This document shows positions 28,416 to 38,113 of a stretch of DNA of 64,000 nt, one piece after another. Under the pieces are notes generated by a model. It was not told where the DNA came from and ran no database searches. It saw nothing but the letters and a program-made list of their open reading frames with translations. The translations under genes were made by a program, and so were the position numbers. Every line of letters begins with the position of its first letter. Positions within the stretch are counted from its first letter, which is position 1. The DNA lies in IMG/VR virus record IMGVR_UViG_2923519811_000002, positions 43,026 through 107,025 of that record. One strand, given 5' to 3'. The stretch is from a virus. Its lineage: Duplodnaviria > Caudoviricetes.

Positions 28416-29435
28416 ATGCGCAACGAAACCCGCAAAGCCTTCAACGCCTACCTGGACCAGGTGGCCAAACTCAACGGCGTCGACAGCGCCACCACCAAGT
28501 TCGCCATCGAGCCCAGCGTCCAGCAGAAGCTGGAGCAGCGCATGCAGGAATCCAGCGAGTTCCTCGGCCAGATCGGCATGATCGGCGTCGACGAACTGAT
28601 CGGCGAAAAAGTCGGCATCGGCGTCAGCGGCACCATCGCCAGCCGTACCGACACCACCGGCGACGGCGTGCGTACCCCGCGCGAAGTGCAGGCCCTGGAC
28701 AACCAGAAGTACGAGGCCAAGCAGACGGATTTCGACACCGCCATCCGCTACTCCCTGCTCGACGCCTGGGCCAAATTCCCGGAGTTCCAGGCCCTGCTGC
28801 GCGACGCCATCATCAAGCGCCAGGCCCTGGACCGCATCATGATCGGCTTCAACGGAACCAGCGCCGCCGCCACCACCAACCGCAGCACCAACCCCCTCCT
28901 GCAGGACGTCAACATCGGCTGGCTGCAGCAGTACCGCAACAACGCCCCGCAGCGCGTCCTCAAGGATGGCAAGGCCGACGGCAAGATCGTCATCGGCAAC
29001 GGCGCCGCCGCCGACTACAACAACCTCGACGCCCTGGTGTTCGACGCCGTGGCCAACCTGCTGGACCCCTGGCACCGCAAGGACCCCGGCCTGGTGGTGA
29101 TCCTCGGCAGCAACCTGGTTCACGACAAGTACTTCCCGCTGGTGAACAAGGAGCAGCCCGCGTCCGAGAAGCTCGCCACCGACATGATCCTCTCGCAGAA
29201 GCGCATGGGCGGTAAGCAGCCGATCGAGGTCCCCTACGTGCCCGACGGCGCCATGCTCATCACCACCCTGCCCAACCTGGCCATCTACTGGCAGCTCGGC
29301 GGCCGGCGCCGCTACATCCAGGAGAACCCGGCCAAGAACCGCATCGACAACTTCGAATCGAGCAACGACGCCTACGTCGTCGAGGACTACGGCCTCGGCT
29401 GCCTGGTCGAGAACATCGAGCTGCTGGAGGCCTGA
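28416..29435 (+). CDS. Major capsid protein (gpN)
   Basis: MRNETR, ALDRIMIGFNG, LQDVNIGWL. Confidence 0.97.
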   Translation: MRNETRKAFNAYLDQVAKLNGVDSATTKFAIEPSVQQKLEQRMQESSEFLGQIGMIGVDELIGEKVGIGVSGTIASRTDTTGDGVRTPREVQALDNQKYEAKQTDFDTAIRYSLLDAWAKFPEFQALLRDAIIKRQALDRIMIGFNGTSAAATTNRSTNPLLQDVNIGWLQQYRNNAPQRVLKDGKADGKIVIGNGAAADYNNLDALVFDAVANLLDPWHRKDPGLVVILGSNLVHDKYFPLVNKEQPASEKLATDMILSQKRMGGKQPIEVPYVPDGAMLITTLPNLAIYWQLGGRRRYIQENPAKNRIDNFESSNDAYVVEDYGLGCLVENIELLEA

Positions 29436-29440
29436 CCGCC

Positions 29441-30145
29441 ATGGCCCTGAGCCCCGCCAAACGCCACTTCATCAAGACCTCAGCCGCCATGGCGGCCGAG
29501 GCCACCCCCCACGGCGCCACCGTCGAAGGCCTGCAGGCCTACGAACAGCAGCTCGCCCAGCTGCACCAGGACCGCCTGCGCCTCAGCCAGGTCCAGGGCA
29601 ACGAGCGCAAGGCCGAACTCAAGCGCCAACTGGTCCCCGCCTACGCCCCGTACATCGAAGGCGTGCTGGAGGCAGGGCAAGGCGCCCAGGACGACGTGCT
29701 CGGCTACCTCATGGTCTGGCGCATCGACATCGGCGACTACCAGGGCGCCCTCGACATCGCCGAGTACGTCCTGCAGCACGGGCTCGCCCTGCCGGATCGC
29801 TTCGAACGCTCCAGCGGCTGCCTGGTCGCCGAAGAGATTGCCGAAGCCGCCCTCAAGGCGCAGAAGACCAAGGACAGCTTCGACCTCGACGTGCTGCACC
29901 GCACCCTCGCCCTCACCGACGACCAGGACATGCCCGACGAGGCCCGCGCCAAGCTCTACCTCGCCGCCGGCCGCGCCACCCTCGAAGGGCTCACCCAGGA
30001 CAACCCAGGCCCGCCCGGCAAGCTCCAGGCCGGCGCCGACCTGCTCAAGCGCGCCATCGAGCTGCACAGCATGTGCGGCGGCAAGCAAGCCTTCGACGCA
30101 GCCACCAAGCTGCTCAACAAACTCGCCGCCAAACCAGGCGGCTAA
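29441..30145 (+). CDS. Terminase endonuclease subunit (gpM)
   Basis: LSPAKRH, VWRIDIGDY, DMPDEARAKL. Confidence 0.93.
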   Translation: MALSPAKRHFIKTSAAMAAEATPHGATVEGLQAYEQQLAQLHQDRLRLSQVQGNERKAELKRQLVPAYAPYIEGVLEAGQGAQDDVLGYLMVWRIDIGDYQGALDIAEYVLQHGLALPDRFERSSGCLVAEEIAEAALKAQKTKDSFDLDVLHRTLALTDDQDMPDEARAKLYLAAGRATLEGLTQDNPGPPGKLQAGADLLKRAIELHSMCGGKQAFDAATKLLNKLAAKPGG

Positions 30146-30245
30146 CCGAGCGGTCCCCCGCAACCCGGGCGGCTCGGGGCCGATCAGCAGGACCTCCTCC
30201 CTTGCTGTGACGCCCCGACCACCGCCCTCCACGCGAGAGCAGCAC

Positions 30246-30710
30246 ATGAGCGGTTTCGTCGGCGGCGACACCACCCCCGCGAGCTTCACCCTGGCCAATG
30301 ACGGCTTCTGGCCGGACATCGACGCCGACCACCTGCGCGAAGCCCAGCGCATCGCCGGCACCATCACCAACGCCCGCCTGGAGCTGGCCACCGTCAACGC
30401 CATGCTCAGCGTCAACAGCGACCTGGTCACCCGCCGGGCCGAATGGACTGCCAAGGGCCACGCCACCCTCGCCGACGTCCCCAGCCCGAGGATCAACGGC
30501 GTCAGCGCCCTGGTCCACGCCTACCAGCGCGCCGTGTACTGCGCCACCAGCGCCGAGATCGCCGAGCGGTACCGCAGCTACGACGCCACCAACAGCGGCG
30601 AACAGAAGGCCGCCGACGAGGTGGACAGCATCGCCGAGTACCGCCGCGACCAGCGCTGGGCCATCCGCGACCTGCTGGGCATCGGCCGCACCACCGTGGA
30701 GCTGATCTGA
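30246..30710 (+). CDS. Head completion protein (gpL)
   Basis: NDGFWPDI, YQRAVYC, TTVELI. Confidence 0.93.
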   Translation: MSGFVGGDTTPASFTLANDGFWPDIDADHLREAQRIAGTITNARLELATVNAMLSVNSDLVTRRAEWTAKGHATLADVPSPRINGVSALVHAYQRAVYCATSAEIAERYRSYDATNSGEQKAADEVDSIAEYRRDQRWAIRDLLGIGRTTVELI

Positions 30711-30916
30711 TGAACAGCGTCCGCGCGCTCCAGGGCGACACCGTCGACGCCATCTGCTGGCGGGTCTACGGGCGCACCGCCGGCCTCACCGAAGCGGTGC
30801 TGGAGGCCAACCCCGGCCTGGCCGACCTCGGCCCGGTCATCCCCCAGGGCCACCGGGTCACCCTCCCCGCCCAGGCACCCCAACCCCAACGGCCAACGGT
30901 GAACCTATGGGACTGA
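30710..30916 (+). CDS. Tail protein X
   Basis: ALQGDTVDAICWRVYG...ANPGLA...NLWD. Confidence 0.93.
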   Translation: MNSVRALQGDTVDAICWRVYGRTAGLTEAVLEANPGLADLGPVIPQGHRVTLPAQAPQPQRPTVNLWD

Positions 30917-30951
30917 AACCCACCCCCACCCCACCCACAGGAACGACGCGC

Positions 30952-31266
30952 ATGCCTGACCGTCCCGAAACCTGGGCCTGGCTCGCCGCCTGGCTGGAAC
31001 ACAACTGGCCCGGCGTCTACGCCGGCCTGCTCGCCGCCCTCATCGCCGGCCTGCGCGTCATCTACGGCGGCGGCACCCTGCGCCGGGTGCTGCTGGAATC
31101 CCCGCTGTGCGGCCTGCTGGCCCTGTCCGTGAGCCACGGCCTGGGCCTGGTGGGCATCCCGCCCGGATCCGCGCCCTTCTTCGGCGGCGCCATCGGCCTG
31201 CTGGGGGTCGAAGGCGTCCGCGCCCTCGCCCGCCGCTTCTTCAACCGCAAGGTGGACTCCCTATGA
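30952..31266 (+). CDS. Holin (lambda-family-like)
   Basis: Three hydrophobic segments, GGAIGLLGVE, basic tail; precedes the endolysin. Confidence 0.88.
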   Translation: MPDRPETWAWLAAWLEHNWPGVYAGLLAALIAGLRVIYGGGTLRRVLLESPLCGLLALSVSHGLGLVGIPPGSAPFFGGAIGLLGVEGVRALARRFFNRKVDSL

Positions 31267-32087
31267 CCCCGCTCAAACACGGCGACCGCTCCCAGGCCGT
31301 CGCCCAGCTGCAGAAAGCCCTCGTCGCCCAAGGCGCCACCCTCGCCGTGGATGGCGACTACGGCGACGCCACCGAGCAGGCCGTGCGCACCTACCAGGCC
31401 CGCATCGGCCTGGTAGCCGATGGCATCGCCGGCGACAAGACCCTCGCCGCCCTCGCCGGGCAGGACACCGGCCGCCTGCTCAGGCACGCCGACCTGGTGG
31501 CCGCCGCCAAACGCCTCGGCATCGAGCTGGCCGCGCTCTACGCCGTCAACGAGGTGGAGAGCCGAGGCCAGGGCTTCCTCGCCAACGGCCGCCCGGTGAT
31601 CCTCTTCGAGCGCCACGTCATGCTCGCCCGCCTCAAGCTGACCCGCGCCCCGGACGACGACGTACAGCAGCGGGAGCAGCGCGCCCTGGAGCTGGCCGCC
31701 AAGTTCCCCAACCTGGTCAACGCCGCACCCGGTGGCTACGCCGGCGGCACCGCCGAACACCAGCGCCTGGCCAGCGCCCGCCAGCTCGACGACACCTGCG
31801 CCCTGGAGTCCGCCAGCTGGGGCCTGTTCCAGATCATGGGCTACCACGCCACCGCCCTCGACTACCCCAGCGTCCAGGCCTTCGCCGATGCCATGCAGCG
31901 CAGCGAAGCCGAGCAGCTCGACGCCTTCGTCCGCTTCATCGAAGCCGACCCGGCCCTGCACAAGGCCCTCAAGGGGAAGAAGTGGGCCGAGTTCGCCCGC
32001 CGCTACAACGGCCCCGCCTACGCCCGCAACCTCTACGACGTGAAGCTGGAGCGCGCCTACGCCCGGCACACCGAGGCCGCCGCGTGA
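31263..32087 (+). CDS. Endolysin (PG-binding domain plus DUF3380 muramidase)
   Basis: VDGDYG/ADGIAG; VESRG, ILFERH, SWGLFQIMG, FARRYNGP. Confidence 0.93.
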   Translation: MTPLKHGDRSQAVAQLQKALVAQGATLAVDGDYGDATEQAVRTYQARIGLVADGIAGDKTLAALAGQDTGRLLRHADLVAAAKRLGIELAALYAVNEVESRGQGFLANGRPVILFERHVMLARLKLTRAPDDDVQQREQRALELAAKFPNLVNAAPGGYAGGTAEHQRLASARQLDDTCALESASWGLFQIMGYHATALDYPSVQAFADAMQRSEAEQLDAFVRFIEADPALHKALKGKKWAEFARRYNGPAYARNLYDVKLERAYARHTEAAA

Positions 32088-32527
32088 GCCCCCTGCGCCA
32101 GGCCCTCTACGGCCTCGCCCTGCTGGCCACCCTGGCCCTGCTGCTGTGGACCCAGCAGCTGCGCAGCCAGGCCGAAAGCGCCCGCGCCGAGCGCGACGAC
32201 CAGGCCCTGCAGCAGGCCCGCGAGCGCATCGAGCGCCAGGCGCAGGCCATCACCCAGCTGGACCAGGCCCTGCAGGCCGAACGCACCGCCCAGGCACAGC
32301 TGCGCACCCTCCAGGCCCAACTGCGCCAGGGCCTGGCCCAGCGCGAGCGCACCCTCAAGGAGCTGACCCATGCCGACCCCGACCTGCGGACCTGGTCCGC
32401 TCTGCCTCTGCCTGCTGCTGCTCGCCGGCTGCGCGAGCGCCCCGCCCTCAGCGGAGCGGACGCTTACCGTGACTGGCTGTCCCGCAGTGGTGCCGTGCCA
32501 GCTGCCGGCGACGGCGCCGAGCGCTAA
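32084..32527 (+). CDS. i-spanin (LysB/Rz-like)
   Basis: N-terminal TM plus coiled coil, W...LP motif. Confidence 0.88.
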   Translation: MSPLRQALYGLALLATLALLLWTQQLRSQAESARAERDDQALQQARERIERQAQAITQLDQALQAERTAQAQLRTLQAQLRQGLAQRERTLKELTHADPDLRTWSALPLPAAARRLRERPALSGADAYRDWLSRSGAVPAAGDGAER

Positions 32528-32627
32528 CGGCGACCTGCTCAGCGACAGCGAGCGCCTCGAAGCCGCCTGGGCCGACTGCGCCGCCCAGGTCGATATGGTC
32601 TACCGCCACCAACAGGGCCAGCCATGA
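32370..32627 (+). CDS. o-spanin (LysC/Rz1-like lipoprotein)
   Basis: Lipobox LLAGC, CPAVVPC, WADCAAQVD; overlaps the i-spanin. Confidence 0.88.
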   Translation: MPTPTCGPGPLCLCLLLLAGCASAPPSAERTLTVTGCPAVVPCQLPATAPSANGDLLSDSERLEAAWADCAAQVDMVYRHQQGQP

Positions 32628-33103
32628 ACAAACCCACCAGCCTGCGCCGGCACCTGCTGGCCAGCGTCCCCGACCTGCAACGCAACCCCGACCGCCTGCT
32701 GGTGTTCATCGATAACGGCACCCTGCGCTGCACCGCAGCCAGGTCCCTATCCTGGGAGTACAACTACGACCTGCAGGTGATCCTCACCGACTACGCCGGC
32801 GACCCGGACCTGATCATGCTGCCGCTGCTCGGCTGGCTGCGGGTCAACCAGCCCGAGCTGCTCGCCAACCTCGACCGTGCCCGCGAGGCCGTCCGCTTCG
32901 AGGTGGACATCCTCGACAACGACAAGGCCGACGTCGCCTGCACCCTGCGCCTCACCGAGCGCGTGGTGGTGAGCCACGACGCCAACGGCCAGGTGCAGCT
33001 CAGCCACCCCGGCGAACCCCAGCCCAGCGAGGCCCTGCTGGATCCCGACTGGCCCGCCCCGGGCCAAGGCAACCAGGACCTGTGGTACGTGCCCCATGGC
33101 TGA
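32624..33103 (+). CDS. Tail completion protein R
   Basis: MNKPTSLR, NPDRLLVFIDNG, LTERV. Confidence 0.93.
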   Translation: MNKPTSLRRHLLASVPDLQRNPDRLLVFIDNGTLRCTAARSLSWEYNYDLQVILTDYAGDPDLIMLPLLGWLRVNQPELLANLDRAREAVRFEVDILDNDKADVACTLRLTERVVVSHDANGQVQLSHPGEPQPSEALLDPDWPAPGQGNQDLWYVPHG

Positions 33104-33563
33104 CCAACTCGACGACCTGAGCGACTGGCTCACCCCGCTCATCACCCGCCTGCAACCCACCGAGCGCACCCGCCTCGCCCGCCAGGTCGCCCAGGCCCTG
33201 CGCCGCAGCCAGCAGCAACGCATCGCAGCCCAGCGCAACCCGGACGGCAGCGCCTACGCCCCGCGCAAGCCCCGCGAGCTGCGCGCCAAGGCCGGGCGCA
33301 TCAAGCGCAAGGCCAGGATGTTCACCAAGCTGCGCACCGCCCGCTACCTCAAGGCCCAGGGCCGCGCCGACGGCGCCGTGGTCGGCTTCACCGGCCGCAT
33401 CGCCCGCATCGCCCGCGTGCACCAGTACGGCCTGCGCGACCGCCCCGCCCCCGGCGCCCGCGACGTGCAGTACGCCAAGCGCGAGCTGCTCGGCCTCACC
33501 GATGCCGAGCGGGACCTGGTGCGTGACCAGGTGCTGGCCCACCTCACCGGCACAGTCCCTTGA
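33096..33563 (+). CDS. Virion morphogenesis protein S
   Basis: QRNPDGS, ARVHQYG, RELLG. Confidence 0.93.
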   Translation: MADQLDDLSDWLTPLITRLQPTERTRLARQVAQALRRSQQQRIAAQRNPDGSAYAPRKPRELRAKAGRIKRKARMFTKLRTARYLKAQGRADGAVVGFTGRIARIARVHQYGLRDRPAPGARDVQYAKRELLGLTDAERDLVRDQVLAHLTGTVP

Positions 33564-33588
33564 CGGTCCACAACCCCGGCGCTATCGT
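33560..33588 (+). promoter_or_regulatory. sigma70 promoter of the C4-antirepressor module
   Basis: TTGACG-N17-TATCGT. Confidence 0.75.
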
Positions 33589-33683
33589 CGGCCCGTCGTT
33601 GTAAATCCAGCGACACGAGCTTGGCCGCTCGTTCTTAGTACAGGCGCACGGCGCCGTAACGGCGTTTTTTTGTGCCCGCGTTA

Positions 33684-33761
33684 TGGCGGGCCGTGCGTGG
33701 GACACCTTCGGGTGTGCCGGGACCCTGTACCCCGGTCGGCCAACCCGCGTACGGTTCGTCA
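33684..33761 (+). ncRNA. C4-type antisense RNA
   Basis: 17-bp closing stem (with G-U pairs), CTTCGG hairpin, CCTGTAC and CGGCCAA complementary to upstream and downstream GTACAGG/TTGGCCG targets. Confidence 0.82.
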
Positions 33762-33818
33762 CCCTCCCCTGCTTGGCCGCAGGCGGTGGCGAACTCCAAC
33801 CAGTACAGGAGTTCCACC

Positions 33819-34034
33819 ATGTCCGAGAAGCGCCCCTACGGCCTCACCGAAGACGATCAGTTCAAGCTCCACCGCGCCCGCAACGTTCTGCGCCTCCTCC
33901 AGTACCTCTCCGAAGCCGACAAGCAAGGCCCCCTTGAGCCCGAACTGCTGGGCAGCGCCTATGGCCTGCTGGCCGAACAGCTCGATGCGGTGATCGCCAG
34001 CAGCGAGCACCGGACCGGGAGGGCACGCGCATGA
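33819..34034 (+). CDS. Small protein in the icd position of the C4 module
   Basis: AGGAG RBS overlaps the C4 target AGTACAGG. Confidence 0.75.
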   Translation: MSEKRPYGLTEDDQFKLHRARNVLRLLQYLSEADKQGPLEPELLGSAYGLLAEQLDAVIASSEHRTGRARA

Positions 34035-34177
34035 GCCGCCTCCGCCACCTGCTCGCCCTCTGCCTGCTGCCCCGAGACGAGCGCGCCCTGTTGCAGCACC
34101 TGCGCCATCTGGCCGAAGCTGACCGCCGCTTCATCCTGCGTGCCGTGGCAGCCCTGGCCCAGCACCCCGCCGCCTGA
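34031..34177 (+). CDS. 48-aa hypothetical protein
   Basis: ATGA overlap; DERALLQHLRHLAEADRRFILR. Confidence 0.55.
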   Translation: MSRLRHLLALCLLPRDERALLQHLRHLAEADRRFILRAVAALAQHPAA

Positions 34178-34190
34178 CAAGGAGACCGTC

Positions 34191-35018
34191 ATGAGCACCG
34201 CGCAGCAACTGATCCCGGTTCCGTTCTATGAAGACACCGTCGTGCTGATCGGGCAGGACAACGAGCCCTATGTGGCGATGCGGGCCATCGTCGAAAACAT
34301 GGGCCTCAACTGGGCCAGCCAGTACACCAAGCTGAAGTCCAATCCAGAGCGCTGGGGTGTTGTGATCATCGCAACACCTTCACTGGGCGGGATGCAGGAG
34401 GCTGTGTGCCTTCCGTTGCGCAAACTGGCAGCTTGGCTCATGGGGATCGCTCCCAGCAGGGTAAGCCCCGAGCTACGCGACAAGATCGTCCGCTACCAGA
34501 ACGAATGCGACGACGCCCTGTGGGACTACTGGACCAAGGGCAGCGCCACCCGCCCAGGGACACAGCCGGCCACCCAGCGCATCGCCCTCTCCCGCCACCG
34601 CCTCGCCCTGGGCAAGGAACTGCTGCGCACCCGCGATGCCGGCATGCGGCAGATGATCCACCAGCAGCTCGACGAAGTGTCCCGCGCCATGGGGCTGCCC
34701 ACCCCGCCCATCGACAGCATCGGCCAGGCCACCCCGGCCGTGCCCGACCTGCTCGCCCCCTTCTGGGCTGCCCTCGCGGCCCTGGACGCCAAAGGCGTGG
34801 CCTACAACCACGCCCGCACGCCCGACCTGCTGGCCGTCAACCTCCCCGAGCTGGCCCGCCTGTTCCTCGAGCACGGCCAACCCCTGCGCCTGGACAACGC
34901 CCTGCGCACCGCGCTCTGGCACAGCCCGACGCCCCGCTGCCTGCACAAGAACCACCCCCTGGCCAGCCGGCTCACGGGCAAGACACTGCGGTGCTGGGTG
35001 TTTGAGAGTCCGAATTGA
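34191..35018 (+). CDS. Phage antirepressor (P22 Ant N-terminal domain)
   Basis: VPFY...PYVAMRAIVENMGLNW..Q...LPLRKLAAWL...YQNECDDALWDYW. Confidence 0.9.
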   Translation: MSTAQQLIPVPFYEDTVVLIGQDNEPYVAMRAIVENMGLNWASQYTKLKSNPERWGVVIIATPSLGGMQEAVCLPLRKLAAWLMGIAPSRVSPELRDKIVRYQNECDDALWDYWTKGSATRPGTQPATQRIALSRHRLALGKELLRTRDAGMRQMIHQQLDEVSRAMGLPTPPIDSIGQATPAVPDLLAPFWAALAALDAKGVAYNHARTPDLLAVNLPELARLFLEHGQPLRLDNALRTALWHSPTPRCLHKNHPLASRLTGKTLRCWVFESPN

Positions 35019-35170
35019 AGTAGAGGCGCCATTTGGGCAAACAAAAAGTGCTGCGCTACACGCTAACAGCCTGCTCTTAAAGCGAGCATGATAAAAAGCA
35101 TACCTATTTAAATTGCCTCACCTTACAACTGCCCACCATTGAAAAACCCAAGCACAACAAGGAGAGAGTT

Positions 35171-36196
35171 ATGCAATACAAGCCTTACAGTGACTTTGAG
35201 AATCTAGTGGGGCGAATGCTACATAAACTAGGATTTACGGTCACTCCAGTTAGCAACTCAGGAACTCCAGACACCGGACTGGATATGATTGCCGCTCAGG
35301 GGCAAGAAAAGATTGGAATTCAAATTAGGTTTTATCGTGCCCCCAGAGTCTCCGAAAGCATCTTAAAGAATGCCATACGCACCCTGAGAAACGGCATGGC
35401 CCATGCGGGATTGGAAAGGGGCGTACTTGTAACCACGAGCCATATTGGAAACTCAACTCCGTCCCACCCACCGTTCCTTATCACTGTTTGGGACAGGACA
35501 AAGCTTCTTAAAGTCGCAACTGAACACCCTGAATTTTATGATGAATTAATATCGCTACTTGAGATCGGAGCCAGCGAACTACCCGAAACTCTCGCATCCT
35601 CTGGAGTTGCTTCAGGGCCTATCTCGCTAGAGCCATTTTTCGAGCCTGACCCTGAGCCCACCTCGAGAGCCAAAGAGCTTTCGGAAGACTTAAGAAAACT
35701 CCCTTTTGGCAGAGAGTCCGCCCAAGCCTTTGAGGATCTGGGAACAGAAATATTCAAATATCTATTTGAAAATGACTTAGCCGGCTGGCTGACTCAAGCA
35801 ACTACTTCTGACGACCTGAATAGATATGACTGCGTCTGCCGAATAAAGGGCGTCTCGCTATTTTGGGAATTCATTCTTCACAACATCAACAGCCGCTATC
35901 TTGTTTTAGAATTCAAAAACTATTCGAGCGAAATTGATCAAGGACAAGTCTTAACGACCGAAAAATATCTTTATCGAAACGGACTACGAACTTTTGCAAT
36001 AATCTGCGCGCGAAAAGGGGCTTCCAGCAGCGCAATAAAAATGGCACAGGGCGCGATGAGAGAGAATGGAAAACTGATTTTGATTTTGAGTGACGAAAAC
36101 CTCCAAGAGATGCTCAAATTAAAGGAGACTGGGCGCGAGCCTTCGGACTATCTATTTGACCTGGTAGATGAATTCCTAATGAAGCTCCCTCGCTGA
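35171..36196 (+). CDS. Mrr-like restriction endonuclease with two PD-(D/E)xK domains
   Basis: FENLV..DTGLD..IQIRFY and FEDLG..RYD..LEFKNY; low GC. Confidence 0.82.
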   Translation: MQYKPYSDFENLVGRMLHKLGFTVTPVSNSGTPDTGLDMIAAQGQEKIGIQIRFYRAPRVSESILKNAIRTLRNGMAHAGLERGVLVTTSHIGNSTPSHPPFLITVWDRTKLLKVATEHPEFYDELISLLEIGASELPETLASSGVASGPISLEPFFEPDPEPTSRAKELSEDLRKLPFGRESAQAFEDLGTEIFKYLFENDLAGWLTQATTSDDLNRYDCVCRIKGVSLFWEFILHNINSRYLVLEFKNYSSEIDQGQVLTTEKYLYRNGLRTFAIICARKGASSSAIKMAQGAMRENGKLILILSDENLQEMLKLKETGREPSDYLFDLVDEFLMKLPR

Positions 36197-36225
36197 CACT
36201 ACTAGCCTCATCTATTAACTCTGTA

Positions 36226-36245
36226 TGTAAAGCGAGTCGCTACAA
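36226..36245 (+). promoter_or_regulatory. Ogr-type late activator site before V
   Basis: TGTA-N11-TACAA. Confidence 0.7.
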
Positions 36246-36291
36246 TTTGGCTTAGCTGTTCAAAGCTGACGATGCCGCCATCCTAGGCGGC

Positions 36292-36876
36292 ATGAACAAC
36301 TTCGCCACCCTCGCCCGCCTGCTGGAAAACCTCATCCGCCTCGGCACCGTCGCCGAGGTGGACCATGCCGCTGCGCGGGTGCGGGTGCAGAGCGGGCAAC
36401 TGCTCACCGGCTGGCTGCCCTGGCTGGCCCCTCGCGCCGGGGCCGACCGGGAGTGGAACCCGCCCACCCCGGGCGAGCAGGTCCTGGTGCTCAGCCCCTC
36501 GGGGCAGACGGCCCAGGGCGTGGTGCTCTGCGGCCTGTTCAGTACGGCCATGCCCGCCAATGGCGACCGCCCCGCCCTGCAGCGCATCACCTACCGCGAC
36601 GGCGCGGTGATCGAGTACGACAGCGCCGCCCACCACCTGCGCGCCATCCTGCCGGCTGGCGGCAGCACCGAGCTGGTGAGCACCGGCGGCATCAGCATCA
36701 CCGGCGACATCACCCACCAGGGCAACTACACCCAGACCGGGGACTACACCCAGGCCGGCAGCCAGAACGTTGCCGGCACCGTCACCGTGAGCGCCGACGT
36801 GGTCGCCGCCGGCGTGAGCCTGGTCAACCACGTGCACCTGGGCAACCTGGGCGCCCCCACGAGCCCGCCGCTATGA
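36292..36876 (+). CDS. Baseplate spike gpV
   Basis: LENLIRLGTV, GEQV, YRDGAVIEYD, HVH tip. Confidence 0.95.
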   Translation: MNNFATLARLLENLIRLGTVAEVDHAAARVRVQSGQLLTGWLPWLAPRAGADREWNPPTPGEQVLVLSPSGQTAQGVVLCGLFSTAMPANGDRPALQRITYRDGAVIEYDSAAHHLRAILPAGGSTELVSTGGISITGDITHQGNYTQTGDYTQAGSQNVAGTVTVSADVVAAGVSLVNHVHLGNLGAPTSPPL

Positions 36877-37217
36877 ACCGCCACACCGGGGCCGCCATCA
36901 GCCGGCGCGAGCACATCCGCCAGAGCATCGGCGACATCGTCACCACCCGCATCGGCAGCCGCGTGCAGCGCCGGGAGTACGGCTGCCTGCTGGTGGACCT
37001 GATCGACCAGCCCGGCAACGCCGCCACCCTGCTGCGCTGCTACGCCGCCATCGCCATGGCCCTCATGCGCTGGGAGCCGCGCGTGCGCGTGGACCGCGTG
37101 CAGCTCACCCAGCTCAGCCAGGCCGGGCAGTACGTGCTGGAACTGGAGATCACCGACCGGGAAAGCCTGGACGCCGGCAGCCTGAGCGTGCCGCTCAACC
37201 TGGGGGCCGTGGCATGA
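36873..37217 (+). CDS. Baseplate gpW
   Basis: HIRQSI..I..T..GSRV.RREYG, WEPR. Confidence 0.93.
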   Translation: MNRHTGAAISRREHIRQSIGDIVTTRIGSRVQRREYGCLLVDLIDQPGNAATLLRCYAAIAMALMRWEPRVRVDRVQLTQLSQAGQYVLELEITDRESLDAGSLSVPLNLGAVA

Positions 37218-38113
37218 AGACCTTTACCCCCATCGACCTGGCCCAACTGCCCGACCCCAAGGTGGTGGAGCAGCTGGACTACGAGCAGATCCTGGAGCAG
37301 CGCAAGGCCGCGCTGCTGGCCCTGTGGCCCGAGGCCGAGCGCGCGGAGATCGCCGCGCGCATGGCGCTGGAGTCCGACCCGCTCAACAAGCTGCTGCAGG
37401 AGAACGCCTACCGCGAACTGGTCTGGCGGCAGCGGGTCAACGAGGCCGCCCTGGCCACCCTGCTGGCCAAGGCCCGGGGCGCCGACCTGGACCAGGTGGC
37501 CGCCAACTACAACGTGCGCCGCCTGGTGGTGACGCCCGCCACCGACCAGGCCCCGGCGGTGATGGAGGGTGACGACGCCCTGCGCGAGCGCGCGCAGATG
37601 GCCTTCGAGGGCCTGAGCACCGCCGGCCCGCGCAACGCCTACGTCTACCACGCCCGCAGCGCCGACGGCCGGGTGGCCGATGCCACCGCCGTGAGCCCGG
37701 CCCCGGCCGAGGTGGTGGTCACCGTGCAGGCCCTGGCCGGCGACGGCAGCGCCCCGGCGGACCTGCTGGCGGGGGTGCTCGCCGCCCTCTCCGACGAGGA
37801 CGTGCGCCCGGTGGCCGACCGCGTCACCGTGCAAGGCGCGCAGATCCTCCCCTACAGCGTCACCGCCACCCTCTACCTGGCCAGCACCGGCCCCGAGGCC
37901 GAGCCCATCCTGGCGGCGGCCGAGGCCCGTTGCCGGGCCCTGGTCAACGCCCGCCGGCGCCTGGGGGTGGAGGTTTCCGCCTCGGCCGTGCATGCCGCGT
38001 TGCACGTGGAGGGGGTGCGCAAGGTGCAGCTCAACGGCTGGGCCGACATCGTGCCCATGGCCTACCAGGCCGGGTACTGCACCGGCATCCACCTCAGCCT
38101 GGCGTCACTGTGA
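37214..38113 (+). CDS. Baseplate gpJ
   Basis: IDLAQLPDP, STAGP, VRPVADRV. Confidence 0.95.
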   Translation: MKTFTPIDLAQLPDPKVVEQLDYEQILEQRKAALLALWPEAERAEIAARMALESDPLNKLLQENAYRELVWRQRVNEAALATLLAKARGADLDQVAANYNVRRLVVTPATDQAPAVMEGDDALRERAQMAFEGLSTAGPRNAYVYHARSADGRVADATAVSPAPAEVVVTVQALAGDGSAPADLLAGVLAALSDEDVRPVADRVTVQGAQILPYSVTATLYLASTGPEAEPILAAAEARCRALVNARRRLGVEVSASAVHAALHVEGVRKVQLNGWADIVPMAYQAGYCTGIHLSLASL

